Part shown: positions 18,214-28,107 of the stretch, piece after piece
Position numbering within the stretch: position 1 is the stretch's first letter
Layout: each line of letters opens with the position of its first letter
The notes under the pieces: model-generated
What the model saw: only the letters and a program-made list of their open reading frames with translations
Databases searched by the model: none
What the model was told of the DNA's origin: nothing
DNA from: a virus
Strand: one strand, 5' to 3'
Virus record (IMG/VR): IMGVR_UViG_3300023242_000003
Span: 1 to 64,000 of that record
DNA: 64,000 nucleotides
Translations under genes and position numbers: made by a program

Positions 18214-19947
18214 TTAAAAGCTTTCTAAGTTAGCACGTTTCCACCCAGTGCTTGTTTTAATATATACGTAATCCTCATCTCTAGTGATGTTACCTAATGT
18301 TCCAAACATATCACTAGACGAAGTTGGTGTGTATTGTGGGATTGTTAATGTGTTAGGTTTGAAACCATTGTTTGTGGTCCAGTTACCTTCTGAATCTGTA
18401 ACTAAATCAGCCGATAAACCAAGACCTTTTGCGTGTAAAACCCTAATTCCACCATCAACCCCTGTTTCTGGTGTACCGTTATAATTCAAATCAATATTAT
18501 TATCTTCAGCTAATATTGTTTGTGTTTCTAAAAAATGATTAGATGTTGTGCCAGAAGTTATCTCTTTAATTGCCTCAACTAACAAAGGTATTACCCCATC
18601 AATATGTAATCCTTTATAACCATCTTCATCTTCATTTGTAAACACCAATAAAGGTTCAACAATTTCTACTTGTTGTGCTATGAAACCTAATTTAATAGCA
18701 TTAGTTCCAGCATTTCTATCTTTCCATTGATAAGTAACCCCTTGAAGGGCTTTTATTTTAGCCAACGCACCAGTCAATGGTGTTATGTTTTCTTTAAGTC
18801 GTTCATCCGAAGTATTGGTAGTAAGATTACCATTGGCATCAATTCTAACATCATTAACAGATGCTTGTGATGAAATTCGCTTAATGTTTAAAAAATCAAC
18901 ATATGTTGTATTTCTTAGGTCCCCAAAAATGTCGTTACCTAAAACGATGGTGTACTCAGCGTCAGCGGTTGAAGCAGAACCATAAACAAATGACATAAAA
19001 CCATTAGCTATAGTTTCAGAACCACCAGCATATGACCCATAACCATTTGCTTGTGTTCTAAACCCTTCAGCATGTGAATAACTACCAGTTGCTTGTGTTT
19101 CAAAACCTTCAGCGTGTGATGATTCACCACTAGCTATTGTGCTTTGACCTTCAGCGTGTGATGATTTTCCACTAGCTATTGTGCCAGAACCTTCAGCATG
19201 TGACGCAAAACCAGAGGTTAAACAATTATTTCCTTCTGTAACAGAATAATCGCCACTACCCACACCACCAGAACCACTCAATACTGCTGAAGAAACCCCA
19301 GTTCCAGCCACCCAAATATTTGACGTTGACCCACTAGTACCGCCAGAACTAGGTAAAAAACCAACCATACCTTCAGAGTCGATACACGTCAACACATAGC
19401 CTACTTGTGGGTCATTTGTAACAATTAATCTATCGGTTCTTGTAATACCAGATACGTCAGCCCATATTGTTCTTCCAGTAAAATCTAAAGTTCCAGCTGA
19501 TAAATAAAACAAGTTGTTAGTTTGTACTGTACCACTATAATTTCCACTACCTAAATCATCCATAGTTAAAACATCTACATCGTATGAAAAACCAGTATAT
19601 GTTAAATTTATTAAATTCTCATCAATTACAGTTGTTGTTTCAGAATAAAAAATAGGGTCAATTGTTTGAGTTGTTGCGGAATTAGTGGGTGTTATTGCAG
19701 ATAAATATGGTTCGCCTAAGACCATAATAGGGTCACCCCAAGTAAAATTTGTTGTTGTGTTATTCCCAGAAAAATCACTTAAAACAAAATAATCTTGAGT
19801 GACACCACTAGTTAAAAGGTTTGGACCTGTTGGTAGATTACCAAAAGGTACTCCAAAATTAGTTGCACCAGACAAAACAGTAGTTGTTACTATGTCTTGT
19901 TTAACTTGTCTATTGTTAGAAAAATCTAATTTTGTTCTAAATGCCAT
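18214..19947 (-). CDS. Tail fibre/spike with YadA-like SHAEG repeats and S74-type intramolecular chaperone domain
   Basis: Repeated SHAEG..T.ASG units; SDERLKENI...GFIAQQVE...PLLVEAIKE. Confidence 0.82.
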   Translation of the reverse strand: MAFRTKLDFSNNRQVKQDIVTTTVLSGATNFGVPFGNLPTGPNLLTSGVTQDYFVLSDFSGNNTTTNFTWGDPIMVLGEPYLSAITPTNSATTQTIDPIFYSETTTVIDENLINLTYTGFSYDVDVLTMDDLGSGNYSGTVQTNNLFYLSAGTLDFTGRTIWADVSGITRTDRLIVTNDPQVGYVLTCIDSEGMVGFLPSSGGTSGSTSNIWVAGTGVSSAVLSGSGGVGSGDYSVTEGNNCLTSGFASHAEGSGTIASGKSSHAEGQSTIASGESSHAEGFETQATGSYSHAEGFRTQANGYGSYAGGSETIANGFMSFVYGSASTADAEYTIVLGNDIFGDLRNTTYVDFLNIKRISSQASVNDVRIDANGNLTTNTSDERLKENITPLTGALAKIKALQGVTYQWKDRNAGTNAIKLGFIAQQVEIVEPLLVFTNEDEDGYKGLHIDGVIPLLVEAIKEITSGTTSNHFLETQTILAEDNNIDLNYNGTPETGVDGGIRVLHAKGLGLSADLVTDSEGNWTTNNGFKPNTLTIPQYTPTSSSDMFGTLGNITRDEDYVYIKTSTGWKRANLESF

Positions 19948-20009
19948 ATTTATAGGTTTTATTATAAATATTCTACTTTTTGAATATATTTATAATAAAA
20001 CGATAATTT

Positions 20010-20501
20010 ATGGCAACATTTAAAAAGAAACAATTTACTGAATCAGTTGGTGGCGATATTTTTTCTGACGGAAGTGATAGAAACGTTACTAATAACAGTG
20101 AAATAGAAACTGGACCAGTTGAAAAACCATACAACGATAATTCTGATTACGAAAAAGGTAGGGCAACAACAACAGATAAAGTATTTGGTCGTTACAGACA
20201 AAATATTCCATGGTTTGCTGTCTATAGTTTTGGTGGTTCTAGGACTGGTGGTGTAGCTGTTAATTATGGTTTAAGGGAATATGATGTAAAAACCATTGTA
20301 AAAAAGAAAACAGTAGAAGAAAAAATAGAAGATTTGGTTAAAAAAAGTAAAACTTCTGATGTTACAGATAAAAACTATAACCCAAAATTAGCTAAAATGA
20401 TTGACACAATTAATGATATTGATTTAACCGATACTCAAATTGAAGACGTTAAAAAAGCATTGGATAGTAAAAAAAATGAAAATAAACCAAAAAATATTTA
20501 A
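20010..20501 (+). CDS. Hypothetical protein
   Basis: 163-aa ORF preceded by ATATTTAT motif. Confidence 0.6.
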   Translation: MATFKKKQFTESVGGDIFSDGSDRNVTNNSEIETGPVEKPYNDNSDYEKGRATTTDKVFGRYRQNIPWFAVYSFGGSRTGGVAVNYGLREYDVKTIVKKKTVEEKIEDLVKKSKTSDVTDKNYNPKLAKMIDTINDIDLTDTQIEDVKKALDSKKNENKPKNI

Positions 20502-20503
20502 CA

Positions 20504-20944
20504 ATGAACAGGAATATAAAAGACAAAGTTTTAACTACTGGTAAAGAAGAGGGTAAAAAACACCAAGCATATGCTATGGAATTATCTAGACTTAAATCAG
20601 CAAAAGAAATTTGTCTTAACACCAAAAATTGTGTTGAATATAACACATTAGGTGGCGATGCTAGATTTAATGAAATTGAAACAGTTGTTGAAAACCCTAA
20701 AAAGGCTGATGAGTTCAGAAGAAAAACTCAAAAAGATACAAACCCTAACAATATGTATCAAGATGAAAAATCACCAACTGATATTAATACACCTAGTGTA
20801 TCTAGGAAAAGCAACCATGATGGTGGTGAAAAACATAAAATATTAAATAACTATCAAGCTTTAAGCGAGGGAATAACAAAAGAAATTTCTGAAATCAGAT
20901 ATTTAATAGAATATATGAATAATAACAAAAAACAAAACTTATAA
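20504..20944 (+). CDS. Hypothetical protein
   Basis: 146-aa ORF, tightly packed. Confidence 0.6.
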   Translation: MNRNIKDKVLTTGKEEGKKHQAYAMELSRLKSAKEICLNTKNCVEYNTLGGDARFNEIETVVENPKKADEFRRKTQKDTNPNNMYQDEKSPTDINTPSVSRKSNHDGGEKHKILNNYQALSEGITKEISEIRYLIEYMNNNKKQNL

Positions 20945-20947
20945 CAC

Positions 20948-21406
20948 ATGCCACAAGTTTACAATGGTGGGCAATCCCCACTAGAATTTTATGCAATTAA
21001 TGGTAACTCATTATATCCTGGTTCTGGTAGATTAGCGATAATCAATCATTCAGCTATCGGTACTGGAAAATACGCTTTCCAAGGACCTTACAAAAACCCT
21101 CAAATAACAGGTAATGTAAATGATAAATATAGTGCTACCAATACCAATGCTATCGCTGACCAACAATCACCATATAATGGTAAAGGTACTGGTGACGGTC
21201 TTACTCTAGGTGTTTATGCAGCGCCAAAAAATTATAATGGTGGTAACACTGAAGATATTAATGGTACTTTGGGTGTTTTTGGTTCTGGTAGAAACTCCCA
21301 AATAACACTTAACGTTGGTACTTGGGGTTATGGTCCTTATCAAGTTGCTGGAGCTGATTACACATTACCTAACACCGCTCTTAATATAGGACAAATAATT
21401 ATTTAA
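20948..21406 (+). CDS. Gly/Asn-rich hypothetical (probable virion) protein
   Basis: 152-aa ORF with duplicated GSGR motifs. Confidence 0.55.
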   Translation: MPQVYNGGQSPLEFYAINGNSLYPGSGRLAIINHSAIGTGKYAFQGPYKNPQITGNVNDKYSATNTNAIADQQSPYNGKGTGDGLTLGVYAAPKNYNGGNTEDINGTLGVFGSGRNSQITLNVGTWGYGPYQVAGADYTLPNTALNIGQIII

Positions 21407-21415
21407 AAAAAGACA

Positions 21416-21895
21416 ATGAAACTTTACAATCTATTTAAAGAAGTTATATTAGAAGAAATTAACAAAACTCGTCAGATTATTTCTGAGGGTGTAGCTGTTA
21501 ATGATGTTAAGGCTGCTATAGATGGTAAATATAACGTAAACATTTTATATAGAGATTATGAAGGTCAAGAACCTAGTAAAAGATATGTTCAAGTTTACAA
21601 TTTAGCTAAGACTAAAGCGGGTAATGATTGTATAAGAGCTTATCAAATTTTTGGTGGTTCTAAAACAACACCAAAAAGTGGTGCTTGGAAAATATTTAGA
21701 CTAGATAGGATTGAAGGTTGGTATCCAACAAATATGAAATGGCAGAACCCAGTATCTGATATTAATTCAGGTATTCCAACATATAATCAAACAGGTGACA
21801 AAAGTATGTCTGTTGTTAATAAAAAGGTTAACCCAGATACATTTACTAGACAAAGAAGCGATATTAGTCAAGCACCAACAAATAAAGAAATATAA
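21416..21895 (+). CDS. WYL-like domain protein
   Basis: I.Y......R.V...RAYQ...WKIFRLDRI, a WYL-fold signature. Confidence 0.6.
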   Translation: MKLYNLFKEVILEEINKTRQIISEGVAVNDVKAAIDGKYNVNILYRDYEGQEPSKRYVQVYNLAKTKAGNDCIRAYQIFGGSKTTPKSGAWKIFRLDRIEGWYPTNMKWQNPVSDINSGIPTYNQTGDKSMSVVNKKVNPDTFTRQRSDISQAPTNKEI

Positions 21896-21909
21896 AAATA
21901 AAAAGAAAT

Positions 21910-22500
21910 ATGGAAGCACCAGTACCAGTTAATTTATCCGAATTAAGTGGGATATTAGCAAAATCTAGACAAATAATGTCCAAGGTTGAAAATGAAAAAC
22001 CAGTTAAGGAATCAAGAGATAGTGTTATGAGAGAAAGTTATGGCTCTGGTTATGATGAAAAAGATGAAAGAGAAGCAATCTATGAAAATTATGAAACACA
22101 ACAAAATAGTTTTGACCCAACAAATGTTCAAGATTATACTGAAGAACAAGTTATGAATTCTAAATTACCAGCTAACGTAAAAGAAGCTATGATTAAAAAT
22201 AGAATACCTAGACTTAGTGCTCCACCATCTAAATTTACCGCTGAAGATATTTCTAGAATTACAGGTGCTCCAATTAAAAGACCTACACAATCTAGACCAA
22301 TGGTTAATGAAAACATTCAAAAACCACAACAAAATTCTGAAATGGTTACTATTAGTAAAACAGAATTAAAAGAAATGATTAATGAGGGTATAAATACTTT
22401 CTTCAAACAAGTTTATAATAAAACTATAACCGAGGAAACTATTAAGAAAACAATTAACTTGCTAATCAAAGAAGGTAAAATAACACTAAAAAAGAAATAA
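21910..22500 (+). CDS. Hypothetical protein
   Basis: 196-aa ORF followed by terminator. Confidence 0.6.
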   Translation: MEAPVPVNLSELSGILAKSRQIMSKVENEKPVKESRDSVMRESYGSGYDEKDEREAIYENYETQQNSFDPTNVQDYTEEQVMNSKLPANVKEAMIKNRIPRLSAPPSKFTAEDISRITGAPIKRPTQSRPMVNENIQKPQQNSEMVTISKTELKEMINEGINTFFKQVYNKTITEETIKKTINLLIKEGKITLKKK

Positions 22501-22507
22501 TATTAAT

Positions 22508-22531
22508 AAAAAGACCCATATGGGTCTTTTT
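22508..22531 (+). terminator. Intrinsic terminator
   Basis: AAAAAGACCCATATGGGTCTTTTT perfect palindrome with T tract. Confidence 0.7.
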
Positions 22532-22626
22532 CTATTTACTAATGTTTTTAATAACTTATATTTGGGTATTAATAAAACTTTATACAAATTAACGAAAATT
22601 AATAAAAAAAAAATAAAATAATAAAA

Positions 22627-23906
22627 ATGAAACAAAATAAAACAAACATCACCCCAGTTGGTCGCAAAATAAAGGTATTAGTAATACCTAGCGACAGAAC
22701 TGGGGTGAGCTGAAAAGTTACTTTAGAAGCACCAACCCACATATTGCGTTAGAAAATAAATACCCATCGGAATTCCATGTTGACGTGGATTACGAACCAC
22801 AGTTAAATAATGACGATTGGTTAAAACAATACGATATCATTCACTATCATAGAACACTTGGCCCATACGAACAAATGGAATCTTTAATTGAAAAATTTAA
22901 TTCTTTGGGGATTGTTTCTATTATGGATTTAGATGATTATTGGGCACCAGGCACACACCACCCAGCATATCATTTAATTAAAAATAATGAAATCGATAAA
23001 AAAATACTTAACAACCTTAAAGTTGCTAAAAATATTACAACGACTACTAATTTATTTGCTGACGAAATAAAAAAATTTAATAAAAATGTTTTTGTTTTAC
23101 CTAATGCCATTGACCCCACAGAAAAACAATTCACACCAAACTTACAAAAATCTGACAGAATTAGAATTGGGTGGTTAGGTGGTTCTTCACATTTAAAAGA
23201 TTTAGAAATACTTAACAATGTTGTTGGTTGTTTAAGAGCGGATGGTTTATTAGATAAAGTACAATTTGTATTATGTGGTTTTGATACTAGAGGTACACAT
23301 ACAATGATTGATAGTATTACTGGTGAACAAAAAACTAGGGCTATTAAACCATTGGAAAGCGTTTGGTATAAATATGAACAGATTTTTACTGATAACTATC
23401 AAACGATTAGTCCAGAGTATAAAGATTTTTTAATGAAATTTACTTTAGATGAGTACCCTAATATTAGTAATGAACCGTATAGACGTGTTTGGACTAAACC
23501 AATTTCTACATATGCTTCAAACTATAATTTATTTGATATTTCTCTAGCACCTTTAGAAGAAAACATATTTAACAAAGTTAAAAGTCAATTAAAAGTAATT
23601 GAAGCTGGTTTTCACCATAAAGCTATTATAGCGCAAAACTTTGGGCCGTATAAAATTGATTTAAAAAATACAATCAAATATGGTGGTGGTTTTGATATGA
23701 CAGCCAACAGTGTATTGGTCGATTCAAATAAAAACCATAAAGATTGGTATTCAGCGATAAAAAAATTGATTCAAAACCCAGAAGTTGTGACAGCATTACA
23801 AGAAAATCTTCACAATACAATTAAAGACATCTACTCTATGGATAAAGTTACCGAACAAAGAAGAACTTTATACTTAGATTTACTAAATAACAAAATAACA
23901 AAATAA
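22627..23906 (+). CDS. GT-B glycosyltransferase, interrupted by an 8-nt stop-containing insert at ~22709-22716
   Basis: N-terminal frame MKQNK...KIKVLVIPSDRTGVS* (22627-22713) continues in the -1 frame as SYFRSTNPHIAL... into ORF 22785-23906 (MDLDDYW, IGWLGGSSH, FNKVKSQLKVIEAG). Confidence 0.75.
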
Positions 23907-23912
23907 CAAATC

Positions 23913-24389
23913 ATGAGTAAAAAAAACGATTTAAAATTAGTATTTGACTTTATAGCTGAATACTTAACTAGCGATGAAGAGCAAACAGAAGTAAGAAAAG
24001 GTAAGGGTTTATTAATCGAAGATTTTAACCCTAAACTTAACACAGAAATATCTGATGACGTAATAACTAAATTAAAATCACCGATTGATAATATCGGTGC
24101 TGATGCTAGTTATATTAAAAACTTAATGGATAGAGTTGAAACTAAAACAAACGACCAAGCACACATAAACAATCAATTAGCTATTCAACGAAAAGAATTT
24201 GGTGTTGAAATTAAAAAACTTAAAGAAAAAATTTCTGAAGATTTAAAAACAGAAAAACTTAATGAAGAAGGTATTGTTGTTTCTGGTGGTACTATTAATG
24301 TAATCACTGAAAATGGTGTTGAAAAAGTTATTGTTGATGATACAGTTTCTAAAACTACATATGAAAAAAAACCTAAAAAACAATACTAA
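23913..24389 (+). CDS. Hypothetical protein
   Basis: 158-aa ORF. Confidence 0.55.
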   Translation: MSKKNDLKLVFDFIAEYLTSDEEQTEVRKGKGLLIEDFNPKLNTEISDDVITKLKSPIDNIGADASYIKNLMDRVETKTNDQAHINNQLAIQRKEFGVEIKKLKEKISEDLKTEKLNEEGIVVSGGTINVITENGVEKVIVDDTVSKTTYEKKPKKQY

Positions 24390-24460
24390 AAGACTTGTTT
24401 TTTAGGTTTTTTGTTCGTATATTTGTAAAAAATATATAACACATTTAAACAAAAAAAACA

Positions 24461-25030
24461 ATGTCTTTAGAACAAGAAAAAATCGTTGCTAACACAAAAA
24501 AATATTTTGATACTGCAACAAAATTAGGTTTCATGAACAATGAGTTGATGACCTTCTTAGGTGAAGCTTTTATCAAAGCGCCAGCATCTACCATGGAATC
24601 ATTACACAACGCTTTTGAAGGTGGTCTTATTGACCATTCATTAAGAGTGGCACAGTATGCTGTGTTAATAAACAAAGCCTTACCAGAATCTGAACAAGTA
24701 GACCAAGCATCTTTGCTTAAGGTTTGTCTGTTACATCAAATAGGTAAGACCAACCTATACACGCCATGTGCTTCTGAATGGCACCGTAAGAATCAAGGTA
24801 AGATGTATGAATTCAATGAGGATTTAGTGTCTATGCGAGTAAGTGAACGTAGTCTTTATTATGCTTTATCCCATGGTATTTTATTCAATGAAGAAGAATA
24901 CGCTGCTATTATTATGTTTGATAAAAAAGATGATAAAATGGCTGAATACCATAATACCATCTTAGGTGAGTTATTAAAAATGGGTAATACGTTTGCTATT
25001 AAACATGAAAAAAACAAAGCTAGTAAATAA
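24461..25030 (+). CDS. HD-domain-like phosphohydrolase
   Basis: APAS...[13 protein letters not shown]...LLHQIGK (HD appears as HQ). Confidence 0.72.
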   Translation: MSLEQEKIVANTKKYFDTATKLGFMNNELMTFLGEAFIKAPASTMESLHNAFEGGLIDHSLRVAQYAVLINKALPESEQVDQASLLKVCLLHQIGKTNLYTPCASEWHRKNQGKMYEFNEDLVSMRVSERSLYYALSHGILFNEEEYAAIIMFDKKDDKMAEYHNTILGELLKMGNTFAIKHEKNKASK

Positions 25031-25611
25031 TGGTGATAGTTGAAAAAATGAGAGCAAGACTTTTAGAAGTCGTAGACCCAAACAATCCTTATTCGCAAGA
25101 AGATTTCGATAACGAATTTGCTAGTAATTTGTCAACCATTACTGTTGATGAAGATTATTATAAAATAAAACTAAGCTTTTTAAATAAATCAACCAATGAA
25201 GACCCACAGTACGAAACTGTTGGGTCATCTGGTTTTGATTTAAGGGCTAATTTAATTGGAAAATTAGTAATACCATCTGGTAAAAGAGAAATAGTACCAA
25301 CTGGATTATTTTTTGAAATCCCAGAAAGTTTTGAAATTCAAATAAGACCACGTAGTGGTTTGGCTGCTAAAAACGGGGTGACTGTTTTAAATACACCTGG
25401 AACTATAGATGCGGATTATAGAGGTGAAATAAAAATTATATTAATCAATCTAGGTAGTGAAGATTTTATAGTTAACCATGGTGATAGAATAGCGCAAGGG
25501 GTTGTAGCGGCTGTAAGTGCAAAAAACATTATTAAATTAACAAAGGTTAATGAAATCTCCGTAAATACACAACGTGGTGAAGGTGGTTTCGGTTCAACTG
25601 GTTTAAACTAA
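25030..25611 (+). CDS. dut: dUTPase
   Basis: [28 protein letters not shown] and [10 protein letters not shown] motifs. Confidence 0.95.
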   Translation: MVIVEKMRARLLEVVDPNNPYSQEDFDNEFASNLSTITVDEDYYKIKLSFLNKSTNEDPQYETVGSSGFDLRANLIGKLVIPSGKREIVPTGLFFEIPESFEIQIRPRSGLAAKNGVTVLNTPGTIDADYRGEIKIILINLGSEDFIVNHGDRIAQGVVAAVSAKNIIKLTKVNEISVNTQRGEGGFGSTGLN

Positions 25612-25616
25612 ACAAC

Positions 25617-26390
25617 ATGATAAATAAATTTGATTTTAACGATATATTAATTAAACCAAGTAAAACGTCTGATATAAAAAGTAGACAAGATATAAACCCA
25701 AGACGAACATTTTTTTTACCGCTTATAACTGCACCTATGGATACAGTTATAAGTGAGAAAAACAAGTTGATTTACTCTAATCTAAACATAATTACATGTT
25801 TACCTAGAGGTGAAAAAAATAATAGTGATTTTGAATCTTATTCATTGCGAGAAATAGAAGAAGAATTAAACTCTAAACGTTTAAAATCAAATGGATTTTA
25901 TTTAATAGATATAGCTAATGGTCATATGTCAAGATTAATCACCGTCACTAAAAAAATTAAAAGAACTTTACCTAAAGTTACATTAATGGTTGGTAATGTT
26001 GCTAACCCAGAAACTTATGTTGAGCTATCTAACGCTGGTGCCGATTATATTAGGGTTGGTATTGGTAACGGTGGTGGTTGTTTTGTTGGTGAAACAAAAG
26101 TAATAACAAAAGATGGTGAAAAAGACATTAAAGATATTATAATTGATGATTTAGTTTTAACACACACTGGTGAATTTAAACTAGTATCTAGTACTTTAGC
26201 TTATCCAACTAGTGAATCATTAATAAAAATAAATGAAACAATTTCAACTAAAAAACATGAATATTACGTTGTAAATAAAAAATTTTCTAATTTAGTTAAT
26301 GATAATAATATTCATGAATATGCCGAATGGTTAAGTGCCGATTTACTAACTAAAGAATATTTTTTATTGGAATACGTAACTAATGTCTGA
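25617..26390 (+). CDS. IMPDH/GMP reductase N-terminal half fused to split-intein N part
   Basis: FNDILIKP, TAPMDTV, IDIANGH, GNVA, GADYIRVGIGNGGG, then CFVGETKV... (intein N, 26079-26387). Confidence 0.88.
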   Translation: MINKFDFNDILIKPSKTSDIKSRQDINPRRTFFLPLITAPMDTVISEKNKLIYSNLNIITCLPRGEKNNSDFESYSLREIEEELNSKRLKSNGFYLIDIANGHMSRLITVTKKIKRTLPKVTLMVGNVANPETYVELSNAGADYIRVGIGNGGGCFVGETKVITKDGEKDIKDIIIDDLVLTHTGEFKLVSSTLAYPTSESLIKINETISTKKHEYYVVNKKFSNLVNDNNIHEYAEWLSADLLTKEYFLLEYVTNV

Positions 26391-26426
26391 CCTTTTAATT
26401 AGTTCGACATATTTATAATTAAAGAT

Positions 26427-27452
26427 ATGTTAAAAGAAAAATTTAATGAGGGTAATAAATGTTTAGAATGTGGTGTTGTATTTAAAAAAGACACTAATAA
26501 TAAAAATTATTTATCTTTCATAAGTCATTTAAAAAAAGACCATAATATTAGTAATAGTGAATATTATTTAAAACATTATTTGAATAATAAAATAGTTTTA
26601 TGTGGTTGTGGTTGTGGTAAAAAAACTAATTATTTTAAAGGTAAATTTTTAAAATATTATTCTAATCATAAAAATTTTATTACCCCATCTGAAGATACTT
26701 TATTTAAAGTAAATAAATCAAAAAAAGAGTATAATAATATTGACAATTTAATAAAAAAAACTGGTATTAGTTTTGAGACAATAAATAGAACATTCGATGA
26801 GTTTATAAGGTTAGAAAAACCAATTAGTGTTTTGAGTAAAGATTTATTTATAGATTTTAGAACATTAAAAAGTTATTGGTTTAAATTAGGTCTTATTAAA
26901 AATAAAGAAGAATTTAAGCGAATCTCTTTAAAATCTAAAGTTAAGTGGATGGTAAACCCACTTAAACCTAACGATACAATTATCAATATTCTAAATGAAA
27001 ATATTTTAATTTTAAAAAAAGAATTAGAGAGTAAAGAGAAATTAACGTTTAATGATATTATAACAATAATAGGTGTTGATGTTAATAAAAATTTTTTAAG
27101 TTTTTATTTAAAAGAAAAATTATCATATAATGAGATTAAAAAAATAAAATTTATTAAACAAAGTCAGATTGAAATTGAGTTTCAAAACGTTTTAAAATTT
27201 TATTTCGGCAAATCAATTACTGGTTCTTTTGAATTAGATGGTAGAGTTTTCGACTATAAGTTAGGTAATAAAATATTAATAGAGTTAGATGGTGAATATT
27301 GGCACTCTAAAGAAGAAGCTAAAAAAAATGATTTATTAAAAAATAAGATAGCTGAAAAAAATAAATTAATATTAATAAGAGTTAATGATAAAGAGGTTAA
27401 ATCTTTAGGGTTTATTAATAAATTAAAAAAAATATATGATGAATTTAAATAA
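26427..27452 (+). CDS. Free-standing endonuclease between split-intein halves (Vsr/DUF559-like)
   Basis: CLECG...HLKKDH zinc finger, CGCGCG, SQIE...FDYK...IELDGEYWH; own ATATTTAT promoter motif. Confidence 0.8.
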   Translation: MLKEKFNEGNKCLECGVVFKKDTNNKNYLSFISHLKKDHNISNSEYYLKHYLNNKIVLCGCGCGKKTNYFKGKFLKYYSNHKNFITPSEDTLFKVNKSKKEYNNIDNLIKKTGISFETINRTFDEFIRLEKPISVLSKDLFIDFRTLKSYWFKLGLIKNKEEFKRISLKSKVKWMVNPLKPNDTIINILNENILILKKELESKEKLTFNDIITIIGVDVNKNFLSFYLKEKLSYNEIKKIKFIKQSQIEIEFQNVLKFYFGKSITGSFELDGRVFDYKLGNKILIELDGEYWHSKEEAKKNDLLKNKIAEKNKLILIRVNDKEVKSLGFINKLKKIYDEFK

Positions 27453-28107
27453 ATATAGGTTAATAGAAATTTCTACTATTGAGGAAATTAATAATGATAA
27501 TTATGAAATGGTTTATGATTTAACTATTGAGGATAATGAGTCATACACAGCTAATAAAAATATAGTTCATAACTGTTCAACAACTGTACATACAGGTGTT
27601 GGTTACCCTATGGGGTCCTTGGTTCAAGAATGTTACGAACTTTCATGTACTTTAGATAAACCAGCCAAAATTGTTGCTGATGGTGGTATGCAGAATTATA
27701 GTGATATAATTAAAGCATTGGCTTTAGGTGCTGATTTTGTTATGATTGGTAGTTTATTTAATAAAGCTATAGAATCATGTGGTGATAACTATTTGTGGAA
27801 ACATATCAAGGTGTCTCAAAATATAGCTGAAAAAGCTTACAAATTAAAAATACCTGTTTATAAAAAATTTAGAGGTATGAGTACTAAAGAAGTTCAAAAG
27901 AAATGGGGTAAAGTTGTTCCAACTACGTCTGAAGGCGTTATTCGATATAGAAAAGTTGAATATACGTTACAACAATGGACAAATAATTTTGAAGATTATT
28001 TGCGTTCAGCCATGAGTTATTCTAACGCTAAAAATTTGATAGATTTTATTGGTAAAGCAGAAATAATAAAAATAACGGATAACGCTTATAACAGATTTAA
28101 AAAATGA
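27436..28107 (+). CDS. Split-intein C part fused to IMPDH/GMP reductase C-terminal half
   Basis: VYDLTIEDNESY...IVHN (27436-27573), then CSTT, IVADGG, KALALGADFVMIGS, FRGMS, SEG, LRSAMSY. Confidence 0.88.
   Translation: MMNLNKYRLIEISTIEEINNDNYEMVYDLTIEDNESYTANKNIVHNCSTTVHTGVGYPMGSLVQECYELSCTLDKPAKIVADGGMQNYSDIIKALALGADFVMIGSLFNKAIESCGDNYLWKHIKVSQNIAEKAYKLKIPVYKKFRGMSTKEVQKKWGKVVPTTSEGVIRYRKVEYTLQQWTNNFEDYLRSAMSYSNAKNLIDFIGKAEIIKITDNAYNRFKK

Noticed and set aside
19030-19210. CRISPR-like or DGR-like repeats
   Set aside because: The repeats are in-frame SHAEG protein repeats of the fibre. No spacers, cas genes or reverse transcriptase were seen anywhere in the window.
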